This document shows positions 17,280 to 27,330 of a stretch of 64,000 nucleotides of DNA, one piece after another. The stretch comes from a virus. How positions within the stretch are numbered: position 1 is the stretch's first letter; each line of letters starts with the position of its first letter. The notes below the pieces were generated by a model that had not been told where the DNA came from, made no database searches, and was given only the letters and a program-made list of their open reading frames with translations. The position numbers and the translations under genes were made by a program. The stretch covers positions 1 to 64,000 of the IMG/VR virus record IMGVR_UViG_3300048691_000181. One strand, 5' to 3'.

Positions 17280-17843
17280 ATGACAACAAGAACAATTCCA
17301 CAAGTAAAACCACAAGTACAGATGCAACAAGAACAGACAATAACGAATCGTTTCCAACAAGACTTAAAGAAACGTATTGAAGAGAATAAGAAGTTCAATC
17401 AGAACATTCTTGAACACAAAGAATCTTTAGACAAAGTAGAATTCATCACGGGCGATATTATCGTACGGATGTTAAAGTTTGAAGGAGAGCAAGACAATGA
17501 AGGTTTACTCTTAGAGCGGAAGTTTAAACCGTTTGAGACAGAGGGTGGTAGACCTGCTTCTAAGATTGATGACTGGGACTATTCAACTAAGGCTGTCGTG
17601 GTCAAGATGCCAAGCAAGCGTTTCTTAGCACTCTTAACACCAGAGAATAGAGCACGTTACGAACTGGTTAAGGAAGGAGATATAATCTGGTTAAATATGA
17701 GTGTAATGCAGCGAGCTGAACAGTATGCTTTTATTCACGAAAGAAACTATCCTGTTCAAGGCTATGAAGGCTATCTTTTGATTCCAGTCAATAGATTTGA
17801 TGTAATTGAAGGAAATATAGCAGAGTTAAATAAAACCGCTTAG
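17280..17843 (+). CDS. GroES-like co-chaperonin
   Basis: DIIVRM...EGLLL...KAVVVKM...VKEGDIIW...GYLLIP follows the Cpn10 strand pattern; lies upstream of GroEL. Confidence 0.55.
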   Translation: MTTRTIPQVKPQVQMQQEQTITNRFQQDLKKRIEENKKFNQNILEHKESLDKVEFITGDIIVRMLKFEGEQDNEGLLLERKFKPFETEGGRPASKIDDWDYSTKAVVVKMPSKRFLALLTPENRARYELVKEGDIIWLNMSVMQRAEQYAFIHERNYPVQGYEGYLLIPVNRFDVIEGNIAELNKTA

Positions 17844-17856
17844 AATAAAGAAAAAC

Positions 17857-18450
17857 ATGCTTGTATGGGATTTAGATAAGAATTTCTGGGAGATAAATAG
17901 CATGTTCTATTTGTTCTTCAAAGAACTTAAAGATGAAGATGCTTCTAAGAATAAGGAAGTATCTTCAATCAAGATGTGGTGTATATCGATGATGGGAGCG
18001 GATACTTCTCCGTTAAAAAATATGACGCAAGAGGAGAAAGAATTGATACTAAGAGATTCTTTCTTGAAAGCACATGAGAATGTTATTCTTCCAGAGAAAG
18101 TGTCTAAGAATAAAGATAAAGCATCTTCTAAGTCAGAATACGTTAACGTGTTTAAGATATTCGACAAGAACTTAGATGCGCCTCTGGTTGAGAGGATGGT
18201 AAATATCACACATAGTAAAGCTAAGAAGCTGTTACGAATGTGGGAGAATAAGTTAGAAGAGCGTCAATACTTCATCAATACGACACCTTATGATAAGACA
18301 TCTTACGAGATGTTAGAGAAGATAATACCCCCTACGGCTAAGATGTGGCAAGAGTATTATCGGTTGAAAAAAGAATCAGAAGAAGAGAATGAACAATCTG
18401 TTCACGGTGGTACAGAAGAATCCTTCTTAGAAAAAGAATATGGAAATTAA
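17857..18450 (+). CDS. hypothetical protein upstream of terminase (possible TerS)
   Basis: 197-aa helical protein; assignment by position only. Confidence 0.55.
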   Translation: MLVWDLDKNFWEINSMFYLFFKELKDEDASKNKEVSSIKMWCISMMGADTSPLKNMTQEEKELILRDSFLKAHENVILPEKVSKNKDKASSKSEYVNVFKIFDKNLDAPLVERMVNITHSKAKKLLRMWENKLEERQYFINTTPYDKTSYEMLEKIIPPTAKMWQEYYRLKKESEEENEQSVHGGTEESFLEKEYGN

Positions 18451-18850
18451 CATGACAGATAAAGAAAAGCTTAATCAGGTAAAAGAAATAATAGCCTCCT
18501 TAGAAATACCAAAGGGTTCTATATCAGACGGCAACCACACCTTCGATGAACTCTACGAGCATAGATGTATTCTCTGGATTGCACTATGCAAAATGGAAGC
18601 AAATATTGAATTCTATATAGGTGGCACAGCAGGTTCTTCATGGAAAACAACTACACACTCTTCAGGAGATGTAATGGAAGGTTGGTTCCTATTAGGAATG
18701 GGAAAAATAAAAGGAGAACAGATAACATATCATCTACCAATTAAATATTGGAATGATTGTGAATTTGCTCAAATATTAGTAAAAGCTCCAGAATACGATG
18801 GACACTCTTCAAGTGATGTACTTGAAAGAATTAAAAAATTAGAAGACTAA
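18440..18850 (+). CDS. WDGH-domain-like conserved phage protein
   Basis: SDGNHTFDELYEHR...GWF...QITYHLP...APEYDGHSSSDVLERI. Confidence 0.7.
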   Translation: MEINMTDKEKLNQVKEIIASLEIPKGSISDGNHTFDELYEHRCILWIALCKMEANIEFYIGGTAGSSWKTTTHSSGDVMEGWFLLGMGKIKGEQITYHLPIKYWNDCEFAQILVKAPEYDGHSSSDVLERIKKLED

Positions 18851-18861
18851 AAGCAAGAATA

Positions 18862-20568
18862 ATGCAAGCTAAAGAATATACAAATCACTATAAAAACGAT
18901 GCACGGGATGTACTCATTGAAGGAGTTAACCAATTAGCCGATATGGTTAATGTAACCTTAGGTGCAGGAGGTCGATTGGTCGCTATCGAGAATACATTTA
19001 AAGAGCCTTACCTTACCAAAGATGGCGTAACAGTGGCTAAGAAGATTAAGATTAAACCACCTTATCATCTTGGTGCAGCCATGTTAAGACGTGCTGCCGA
19101 GAGGTTGGGTAATGAGTTTGGTGATGGCACGTCTACTGTTACATGTATGACGCAAAGCTTGGTCAACTCTGGTAGAGACCTTATTTTAAAGAAAGGACTC
19201 AATACACGTCAACTTGTTTATGACCTTGAACAGAAGAAGGGCTTAGTCTTAGAGAACTTAAGACATCAGAAGAAAGACTTAACAGATGATGTACGTCCTG
19301 AACATATTGTCCTAACTTCTACCAACAATGATACAGAGATTACGACAACGATTATGAATGCGTATGCTTCTGTTGGTTCAGAAGGGCTTATCTTAATCGA
19401 AGAATCTAAGTCTATGGATACTCTGGTTCAGCTCACTTCTGGTTATGCTTATGATAGAGGCTATGTTTCTTCTCAGTTCATTAAGGACAATGCTTCTCTC
19501 TCAATTACGATGAACGATGTGAAGTTTCTTTTATGTGATAGAAAGATTGAACGAACAGAGCAGGTCAAAGATATTATTCTTCAGATTGGTATGTCTAATC
19601 GGATGAATAAGACCAATACGAGCTTAGTGATTATTGCAGATGACTTTGACCCTCAGGTATTGGCTATGTTGATTATGACGAATAGGAACTATGATGGGTT
19701 AGGCATTTGTTGTATTAAAGCACCAAGCTATGGTGAAAATCGTTTCTTCATGTTAGAGGACATTGCCGCTTTAACAGGTGCTACTGTTATCTCTCAAAAC
19801 AATGGTCTTTCCTTAGGTGACTTAAGATACGAAGATTTAGGTTCTGCTGGTCAAGTCTTTATCTCGTCAGAACAGTTTATCATTAAAGAACCTTCGCTTG
19901 ATGAAGAACGCGTAAACAAGCGAATAGAACATGCCAATGCTCAATACCACAACGATTCCATTATCTTGTGGGAAAGAGAACAAGCAAGAAAGCGCATGGC
20001 TAAGCTGATGTCTAAGACGGCTATCATCATGGTGGGTGGTACATCCGACTTAGATGTTAAAGAAAAGATGGATAGATACGATGATGCGATTAAGGCTTTG
20101 ATGGTTTCCTTGAAAGGGGGTATCGTTGCAGGTGGTGGAGTAGCGATGTTACAGAGTCGACTTCAAGAAAAAGAAAACGACTGGGCAGCAACCATGCTAA
20201 ACAAGGCTTTATATGCTCCCTTTAAGCAGATTATGGATAATGCAGGTGTAATGCCTAAGGAACGAGTTAGTGTCTTAGAAGCCATTAGGTCAGGTAAATT
20301 CTATACGTTAAAGATGAAAGTAAATAGAGAGAATGATGTATGCGATTTAAGTTCAAACTGCAAATACATATCACCTTTCTTAGCTATTTCAGATTCTTTA
20401 AGAGATACACAATGTATTGACCCTTATCTTGTTACAGAGGCTTGTGTCAATACATCAGTGGCTATTGCAACGTCTATCTTACTTACTGCAGGAATAGTAC
20501 AATCAGAAGTAGCTTTGTCTAACCAACAGCTTCAGTTAGCTGAAGAGATAGACATGATTAACGGATAA
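18862..20568 (+). CDS. groEL: phage chaperonin GroEL
   Basis: VTLGAGGR, TKDGVTVAK, GDGTST, KAPSYGENR, LEDIAALTGA, GIVAGGG and IDP motifs; no GGM tail. Confidence 0.95.
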   Translation: MQAKEYTNHYKNDARDVLIEGVNQLADMVNVTLGAGGRLVAIENTFKEPYLTKDGVTVAKKIKIKPPYHLGAAMLRRAAERLGNEFGDGTSTVTCMTQSLVNSGRDLILKKGLNTRQLVYDLEQKKGLVLENLRHQKKDLTDDVRPEHIVLTSTNNDTEITTTIMNAYASVGSEGLILIEESKSMDTLVQLTSGYAYDRGYVSSQFIKDNASLSITMNDVKFLLCDRKIERTEQVKDIILQIGMSNRMNKTNTSLVIIADDFDPQVLAMLIMTNRNYDGLGICCIKAPSYGENRFFMLEDIAALTGATVISQNNGLSLGDLRYEDLGSAGQVFISSEQFIIKEPSLDEERVNKRIEHANAQYHNDSIILWEREQARKRMAKLMSKTAIIMVGGTSDLDVKEKMDRYDDAIKALMVSLKGGIVAGGGVAMLQSRLQEKENDWAATMLNKALYAPFKQIMDNAGVMPKERVSVLEAIRSGKFYTLKMKVNRENDVCDLSSNCKYISPFLAISDSLRDTQCIDPYLVTEACVNTSVAIATSILLTAGIVQSEVALSNQQLQLAEEIDMING

Positions 20569-20579
20569 GTAAAATGGAA

Positions 20580-20663
20580 AGAAGTAGGAGCTCGGTAGGT
20601 AGAGCAAAGATTAAATGAAAGGCTTTAATCTTCGGAACGTGGGTTCGATTCCCACTACTTCTT
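20580..20663 (+). tRNA. tRNA-like RNA with a 9-bp anticodon stem and 8-nt loop UGAAAGGC
   Basis: AGAAGTA/TACTTCT; GCTC-GGTAGGTA-GAGC; AAGATTAAA-TGAAAGGC-TTTAATCTT; GTGGG-TTCGATT-CCCAC. Confidence 0.7.
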
Positions 20664-20672
20664 CAAAATAAT

Positions 20673-20754
20673 GCTACGATACGCTAAATTGGTATTGCGG
20701 CTCCCGTGGAGGGAGTGGTCGAAAGACGTGAAGGTTCAACCCCTTCTCGTAGCA
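20673..20754 (+). tRNA. class II (Leu/Ser-like body) tRNA-like RNA with an aberrant anticodon loop
   Basis: GCTACGA/TCGTAGC; CTCCC-GTGGA-GGGAG; variable arm GTC-GAAA-GAC; GAAGG-TTCAACC-CCTTC. Confidence 0.7.
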
Positions 20755-20773
20755 CAAATAAACACAAAGCAAT

Positions 20774-23314
20774 ATGTTTCTTAAAAATGTAGATTGGCAA
20801 AGACATGTCACAAATAAAGCCTTTAAGGTAGATATTATAAAAGCACATCCACGCTCTTATGATTATCAATCTTTCTGGAAAGAGCAACTAAAGAAAGTCA
20901 GAGAAGGCGTCTGGGAGCAAGGGAAATGGATGCCAGGACGCCTTTACTATTTTACTAACTTTCATAATATCTATCGGAATAAAGGCAAAAACATTACTCA
21001 AAAAGTCTATGCCTTACCAGATTTAAGAGATATAGAATGGGAAATATTTCTTTTGATTGAGGAGATGCGCGGCTTTTCTGGTTTTGATGGGGATGAAGAA
21101 TATACTTGCTTAGAAGAATACGAATACATGGATATTCATAAGTCTAATATTGATATAGAAAGTGAAGCGTTCTTACACGATAGAAGTGTCTTAAAGAAAG
21201 ATAAACCTGAAATATGGTCAGAGATACTGGGGCAATGGAAAGAGTATATTCCTGCAAGACACTATCTTAAACAAATACATAGTCATAATAAAGGGATTCC
21301 TATGTACAGGAATCAGGCAAAGAATATGCTCTGGCTAACTGGACGTGGTGGTGGTAAGTCTATTATACTTGCAGCTCAAGCACTTTACGAATGGTTATTC
21401 GATGGAAAGCCACCAGTTAATAAATATTTAGACTCGGAAGATAGGGTTTCTTTGAAAGATATGAAAGCTTCTATTATAATGGGAGCAGGAGATAAAGGAA
21501 AGACTTCAACAATGGTGCGCTATATGAGAGATGCTTATTCACGTCTTCCAGGAATATACGAATCTCCAGACAGAGCTTACCCTGCACCTTTCTCTAAGCA
21601 ATATACAGGAGGATTTGACACTAAGATTGTATCATCTTACAAGAAAAAAGAAAAAGGCAAATGGTATAAGGATGCTGGGTCAGGTAGTATTATTAGAAAT
21701 CTTTCTTTCTTAGACAATCCCTTTGCGGGTCAAGGGGATAGAAATGGGCTAATTTTATTGGAAGAAATTGGGATGTTTAATAATCTTATTAAAGTATACA
21801 ATGCTTTAACACCTAATACTAAATACGATACTACTAAAAAATTTGGTTCTATATTTATGACTGGTACTGGTGGCGATATTGCTGGAGGCGGAACCGTTGA
21901 CGCTCAATATATGTTCTATAATCCTAAGAACTTTGACCTATTGACATTTGATGACCAGTGGGAACATCGAGGCATGATAGCTTATTTTATGTCTTCTTAT
22001 ATGTTACTTAATCAGCATAGAGATGAAGAAGGCATTGTAGATTTGCCTAAGGCAAAGATTACCCTTGACAATGACCTCGAAAAGATGAGGTTGACTAAGG
22101 ATAGGGATGCCTATGAGATGGAAATGATATATAAAGCTCGTGTTCCTTCTGAAGTATTTTTAACACCTAATGGTAATATCTTCCCAATCGTAGAATTGAA
22201 AGAGCGTTTAACCCAATTAGAGATAGATGGAGAGTTAGACATGTTAGAGAAAAAAGTAAGTCTTCACTATTCTCCAAATGGCATTAATGGTGTAACCTAT
22301 AAACTCTTAGACAAAGGAGAGGCCTTGCCAATAAATAAGTTCCCATGGTCTGATGGTGCATCTAAGGAAGGATGTGTTGTCCTTTACGAATTACCAATAG
22401 AAGAAAAGAGAGTCATAGACGAGACTAATTATCGGAATCAAGATTATAGCTCGATGATGTATGTACCAGAAGGGTTGTACGTTATTGGGCATGACCCGTT
22501 TAGGACCAATTCAGAGAACGGCTCTTTAGCTGCTACCGTGGTTATGAAAACAAAGAAGTATGGTCACAAGTATGGTCACGATGAGATTGTTGCTGTTTAC
22601 TATGGCAGGCCCTTTGAAGGTCGTGATGCATCTAATGAGATACTGTTCAAGTTGGCATTAATGTACAATGCTAAGGTCATGTTTGAGAACAATGTGGGTA
22701 ATGTTAAGGACTTCTTTGAAAAGAAGAAAAGATTAGACTTGCTCTATAAACGACCTTCTTCCGTACTCTCGAACAAGGATGCGTTACACTCTGTCTCTAT
22801 GTCTATTGACTACGGCTATCCACTCTCTAATCAGAAGTTAAAGATGGAAGCACTTCAATATCTTAGAACATGGTTATTGGAAGAACGTGGTAGAGAAAAT
22901 GTAAAAAAGCAGATAGTAACGTATGATAAGTTTGGAAAGAAGAAAATTTTAGAAATCATCGAATCTCAATCGGTTAAGGAAGAAGATGCGATTCGGATGA
23001 AAAACGGAGAAGACTTATCATCAGAGCGATATAAGCAGATAAGAAATTTAGATAAAATTCACGACCGAAGACTCTTAGAAGAGTTAATTTCCTATAACTT
23101 AGATGGCAACTTTGATGCGGTTCATGGATGCATAGGAGCAGTCTTAGCCTTAGAAGAGGACTATAATAAAAAGACATCTGAAGTATTTCAACAAGAGAAT
23201 GCAAATAAGATGAAATACTTCACCGAGAACCGTCGAATATTCAAAGACTTAGACTATATCGAGAAACGAAGAATCGTCGCTTACAATCAAAATAAAGTGG
23301 GTTCTCCGACATAA
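20774..23314 (+). CDS. terL: terminase large subunit
   Basis: Walker A TGRGGGKS, Walker B LILLEEIG, TGTGG coupling motif, nuclease GHDPF and GNFD; directly upstream of the portal. Confidence 0.9.
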   Translation: MFLKNVDWQRHVTNKAFKVDIIKAHPRSYDYQSFWKEQLKKVREGVWEQGKWMPGRLYYFTNFHNIYRNKGKNITQKVYALPDLRDIEWEIFLLIEEMRGFSGFDGDEEYTCLEEYEYMDIHKSNIDIESEAFLHDRSVLKKDKPEIWSEILGQWKEYIPARHYLKQIHSHNKGIPMYRNQAKNMLWLTGRGGGKSIILAAQALYEWLFDGKPPVNKYLDSEDRVSLKDMKASIIMGAGDKGKTSTMVRYMRDAYSRLPGIYESPDRAYPAPFSKQYTGGFDTKIVSSYKKKEKGKWYKDAGSGSIIRNLSFLDNPFAGQGDRNGLILLEEIGMFNNLIKVYNALTPNTKYDTTKKFGSIFMTGTGGDIAGGGTVDAQYMFYNPKNFDLLTFDDQWEHRGMIAYFMSSYMLLNQHRDEEGIVDLPKAKITLDNDLEKMRLTKDRDAYEMEMIYKARVPSEVFLTPNGNIFPIVELKERLTQLEIDGELDMLEKKVSLHYSPNGINGVTYKLLDKGEALPINKFPWSDGASKEGCVVLYELPIEEKRVIDETNYRNQDYSSMMYVPEGLYVIGHDPFRTNSENGSLAATVVMKTKKYGHKYGHDEIVAVYYGRPFEGRDASNEILFKLALMYNAKVMFENNVGNVKDFFEKKKRLDLLYKRPSSVLSNKDALHSVSMSIDYGYPLSNQKLKMEALQYLRTWLLEERGRENVKKQIVTYDKFGKKKILEIIESQSVKEEDAIRMKNGEDLSSERYKQIRNLDKIHDRRLLEELISYNLDGNFDAVHGCIGAVLALEEDYNKKTSEVFQQENANKMKYFTENRRIFKDLDYIEKRRIVAYNQNKVGSPT

Positions 23315-23348
23315 TTAGCAGAAACAAAAACACCTAACAAAAACATAG

Positions 23349-26012
23349 ATGCAACTCTATCCAAACCAGCGTATTCCTTACGCAGATAAGATAAAAAACG
23401 ACAACGAATGGGGAAGAAAGATGCTCGACTATCTGGCACGTTACTCTAATCTCTTTAATAATAATTATGCGCGTAAGCTCTCTAACTATCGCTTGTTCAA
23501 TAACCAACTGGACCAGAAAGACTTCGAGAGAGACTGTAACGCAATGGGCATAGATGTAGGACAATGGAAAGATGAAGTCTTGCCCTATAATAAGACATAT
23601 AACAAGATTCAAGTTCTCCTCGGTGAAGAATTAAAACGTCCTTTCAAGTTTACCGTAGCACTCGTTAATGCTTCAGGCATTAGAAAGAAAGAAAGGGCTA
23701 AAACAGATATGCTCCAGAATTGGATAGAAGCTACGGTTGAGCAATATGGTATTCAAGTACAACAAGAGCAACAACAAAAGAAATTAGCCTTAGATGAGAA
23801 GTATAAGCAGCTAAAACTACAACAGCAGAAGGAGCAATCACCTGCACAGATGCAAGAGCAACAGACGATGCAAGAGATTCAACAGATGCAGCAGCAACAG
23901 GATGACCAGTTAGAGCAACAGTATCAGCAAGAGTTAGATATGCAGTCTAAGAAAGTTCAAGCACGTATGGACAACTTAGTACCACCTAATGAGATAGACA
24001 AATGGTATTCTTCTAAGTATAGGGATTCTCGAGAGATATTGTCTTCTAAGATGTTGAATTATCTGGTTCAGAGACAAGACTTAAAATCGAAGAAGAATGA
24101 CGGATTTAAGCACGGTTGCATCTCTGGTGAAGAAATCGTATATGTAGGCATAGAAGGTAACGAACCTGTGGTTAAGGTTATTAATCCGCTTAACTTATTC
24201 TATCACAAGTCAGTGGATACTAAGTATATGCAAGATGGATTATTTGCTGGCCAAAGAACTTTTATGACCAATGCAGATATTCTTTCTATCTATGGAGATT
24301 ACTTGTCCGAAGAAGACCAAAAGTCTATAACAGGTAAATTAGAAGGCTCTGCAACAACATGGGGAACATCTACTTCTAATCCGAATGAGTATGCGACCGA
24401 TACTGTTGAAGATATGTTCTGGCAAGACTCTGTGATTAACAATGGACTTTCTGGTAACTTAAACATGGTACATGGTCAATATTCTGCACGGACATCACAA
24501 GAACTTCAAGTGGTTCATGCAGAGTGGGTAAGTCAGCGCCAAGTAGGCTTTTTAACCTTTACCAACGAGTTTAATGAAGAAGAGACTGTTTTGGTAGACG
24601 AAAACTTTATCGTACCTAAGAACGCAAGAAAAGAGAAGAAAAAGGTAAACGGAAAGAATGTTGAATGTGCTTACTTTACAATAGAAGAGGAAGGAATGGA
24701 TGAGCAAGGGCAGACTACTATTGTTCCTAAGGAATATAAGTATGAAGCACAATGGATTCCTCAAGTATGGGAAGGCGTCAGAATTGGTATGGACAAATAT
24801 TGTTGTATCCAACCAAAGAGACATGCTTATTTCTCAATAGACCATCCAAACAAGACCAAGTTAGGCTATCATGGCGTTATCTATAATAACATGAACGCTG
24901 AATCTGTTTCTATTATGGACAGAATGAGACCTTATCAGATGCTCTATTTTATCGTGATGCACAAGATGAAGAAACTCGTAGCTCAAGATAGAGGCAAGAT
25001 TCTTCATTTGGACACGTCTATGATTCCTGCTGATATAGGACACGAAAAGACGATGTACTATCTTCAAGAGTTGAATATTGACCTATATAACCCGTTAGAG
25101 AATATAGAAGTCCCAGGAGGTTATCAGAGAGGTGGTAAAGTAACTCAAACATCAGACTGGTCTAATATGCAATACATCCTATCTTATGTTCAGTTGTTAA
25201 ATTATTTAGATGGCATGATTGGAGACAGTGCGGGTGTTACGCGACAAAGAGAAGGTCAATCTTCACCAGACGAAGCTGTTAGAAATGTTCAATCGGATTT
25301 AACCCAATCTGCTGTGGTTACGGAAATCTTCTTCAATATCCATAACAAGTTATGGGAAGATGTCTTAAACAGTCTATTGAGTACGGCAAGACGGTTCTAT
25401 AAAGACTCGAAACAATCTCATATTCAATATATATTAGATGACCTTTCGTTAGAGACCTTATCTTTATCGGAAGACGATTTAGAAGACTCTGACATTGGTG
25501 TATTTGCTACTTCTTCTATTCAAGAAAACGACATCTTTAATACGCTAAAAAGTTTGTCTCAAGCGCTACTTCAGAACGACAAGGCTAATATGAGTCATAT
25601 TATCGACATCTTAGAGTCTAACTCTTTGGCTGAATTGAAGAAAGATATTAAACAGTTCGAGAAAGAAACAGCAGAGAAAGAACAAGCAGCTTATGACAAC
25701 CAGATGAAGCAACAGCAAGATGCTCAAGCTTATGCTCGAGAAACAATGATGATGAAAGAGAAGGAGATTACTGATAGAGAATTGAAGAAGGCAGAAATCG
25801 ACGTTTTCAAATTCCAGAAGGACTTGGATGTTGACAATGATGGTATCCCAGATTTTATAGAAGTCCAGAAGCTGAAGCTCCAGCAAGAGACAAATGAAAA
25901 AGATAGAATTCTTAAAGAGAAAGAATTAAACATGAAGAAGGACGAATTAAAAGCAAAAGAGCGTATCGAGAAGTACAAGGTGGATAATAAACCACGTCCA
26001 ACGGCCAAATAA
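23349..26012 (+). CDS. portal protein (crAss-like)
   Basis: 887 aa after TerL; YNKIQVLLGEELKRPF, WEGVRIG, GVTRQREG; C-terminal DVDNDGIPD plus coiled coil. Confidence 0.88.
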   Translation: MQLYPNQRIPYADKIKNDNEWGRKMLDYLARYSNLFNNNYARKLSNYRLFNNQLDQKDFERDCNAMGIDVGQWKDEVLPYNKTYNKIQVLLGEELKRPFKFTVALVNASGIRKKERAKTDMLQNWIEATVEQYGIQVQQEQQQKKLALDEKYKQLKLQQQKEQSPAQMQEQQTMQEIQQMQQQQDDQLEQQYQQELDMQSKKVQARMDNLVPPNEIDKWYSSKYRDSREILSSKMLNYLVQRQDLKSKKNDGFKHGCISGEEIVYVGIEGNEPVVKVINPLNLFYHKSVDTKYMQDGLFAGQRTFMTNADILSIYGDYLSEEDQKSITGKLEGSATTWGTSTSNPNEYATDTVEDMFWQDSVINNGLSGNLNMVHGQYSARTSQELQVVHAEWVSQRQVGFLTFTNEFNEEETVLVDENFIVPKNARKEKKKVNGKNVECAYFTIEEEGMDEQGQTTIVPKEYKYEAQWIPQVWEGVRIGMDKYCCIQPKRHAYFSIDHPNKTKLGYHGVIYNNMNAESVSIMDRMRPYQMLYFIVMHKMKKLVAQDRGKILHLDTSMIPADIGHEKTMYYLQELNIDLYNPLENIEVPGGYQRGGKVTQTSDWSNMQYILSYVQLLNYLDGMIGDSAGVTRQREGQSSPDEAVRNVQSDLTQSAVVTEIFFNIHNKLWEDVLNSLLSTARRFYKDSKQSHIQYILDDLSLETLSLSEDDLEDSDIGVFATSSIQENDIFNTLKSLSQALLQNDKANMSHIIDILESNSLAELKKDIKQFEKETAEKEQAAYDNQMKQQQDAQAYARETMMMKEKEITDRELKKAEIDVFKFQKDLDVDNDGIPDFIEVQKLKLQQETNEKDRILKEKELNMKKDELKAKERIEKYKVDNKPRPTAK

Positions 26013-26016
26013 CTTC

Positions 26017-26051
26017 ATTCTAAGCAACGATAATATATTCTACTTTAGAAT
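26017..26051 (+). promoter_or_regulatory. conserved intergenic element, copy 1 (ATTCTAAGCAACGAT-N14-TAGAAT)
   Basis: Same core and spacing as 30806-30840. Confidence 0.5.
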
Positions 26052-26068
26052 TATAGAACCCTAATTAA

Positions 26069-26103
26069 AACGAGCACTTGATGAAAATAATCAAGTGCTC
26101 GTT
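26069..26103. terminator. strong hairpin after the portal gene
   Basis: AACGAGCACTTGAT/ATCAAGTGCTCGTT 14-bp stem. Confidence 0.5.
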
Positions 26104-26136
26104 CAAAAATAAGATAACTTTACACAAGAATAATCA

Positions 26137-27222
26137 ATGGACGATTTTTCAATCATATTTGAAGATGATGCACCTGCATCGCAGATATTTGGGATGCCAC
26201 AAGAACAAGAGAAACCTATCGTAGACTTAGGTGTTGTTAATCCCGTAGTACCTCCAGCTACAAAAGAAGATGAAGAAGCTTTTTTTAAGCCTTACGATAA
26301 AAATGAAGCACATTCTAAAAGTGAGGATAAAATAGACAACGGATTTCATCAAGCTGCCACTTCAAATCCCGAACCAGATAAAGATGATTCGATTACTAAG
26401 AAGTATTACGAATTTATGAAAGAGTCTAATCTTCTTATGGTTCCAGACGATTTTGAATTTGATGGCACAAATGAGAAGCTAACAGAGGCGCATGAAACAA
26501 CCTTAGCAAATATGCAGCAATTGGCTTATTCTGCCATTATGGAAAGACTACCAGAAGAAGTACAGTCCTTAGTTCAATATTCACTCAAAGGTGGTAAGGA
26601 TTACGAAGCTTTTCTTAAACAAGATAACAGCTTCGATATCTCAAACGAACAAGGACAGATTTCTCTGATTAAGCACTATTATAAGAATACAGTCAAGTGG
26701 GACGATGCCCGCATTGAACGCTATCTGTCTAAAACAGATGAAGGCGAATTAGCGGCTGAAGCAGAATCTATCAAAGAGGAATTAGAAGAGTCTCAATCAG
26801 AACAGCGTAAGTTAAAAATAGCAGAACAAGAAAGATTGGAAAAGCTGGCTATGGAACAACAAAAAGCGGTTCAAGTAAAGATTACAGACACAATAGGAAA
26901 TGCAGGCTTTATCGAAGACAAGCGAAAGCAACCCTTAAAGAACTTTATATTTAATGCGGTTAGAAAAGATGATGGGAAAGCTACAGACTTTCAGAGAGCA
27001 TTAAATCAAATACAAACAAATCCTGAACATCTTATCCAATTAGCAGACCTCTTAATGGACTATGATAAGGTAAAAGGACTGAAATATGAACGCTTTGAAA
27101 ACAAAGCAACGACGAGGGTGACCAAAGACTTAAAAGCTAAATTAGAGCAAACTGTATCTAAGAAGCTTGGCAGTATTGGCAATTCGTCTAAAGAAATTGA
27201 TTGGGCTAAGTTTATAGGTTAG
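26137..27222 (+). CDS. acidic scaffold-like protein upstream of the capsid gene
   Basis: Acidic, helical, between portal and MCP as in crAss-like gene order. Confidence 0.65.
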   Translation: MDDFSIIFEDDAPASQIFGMPQEQEKPIVDLGVVNPVVPPATKEDEEAFFKPYDKNEAHSKSEDKIDNGFHQAATSNPEPDKDDSITKKYYEFMKESNLLMVPDDFEFDGTNEKLTEAHETTLANMQQLAYSAIMERLPEEVQSLVQYSLKGGKDYEAFLKQDNSFDISNEQGQISLIKHYYKNTVKWDDARIERYLSKTDEGELAAEAESIKEELEESQSEQRKLKIAEQERLEKLAMEQQKAVQVKITDTIGNAGFIEDKRKQPLKNFIFNAVRKDDGKATDFQRALNQIQTNPEHLIQLADLLMDYDKVKGLKYERFENKATTRVTKDLKAKLEQTVSKKLGSIGNSSKEIDWAKFIG

Positions 27223-27330
27223 TAAATAACCGACGAGCCTGAATCTTTATTCCAATTAACGTTTAAGATTATTCTGAGACTAAGTGACGTACGAATAAGC
27301 AAACACAAACATACAAATCTCAAATTTAAC

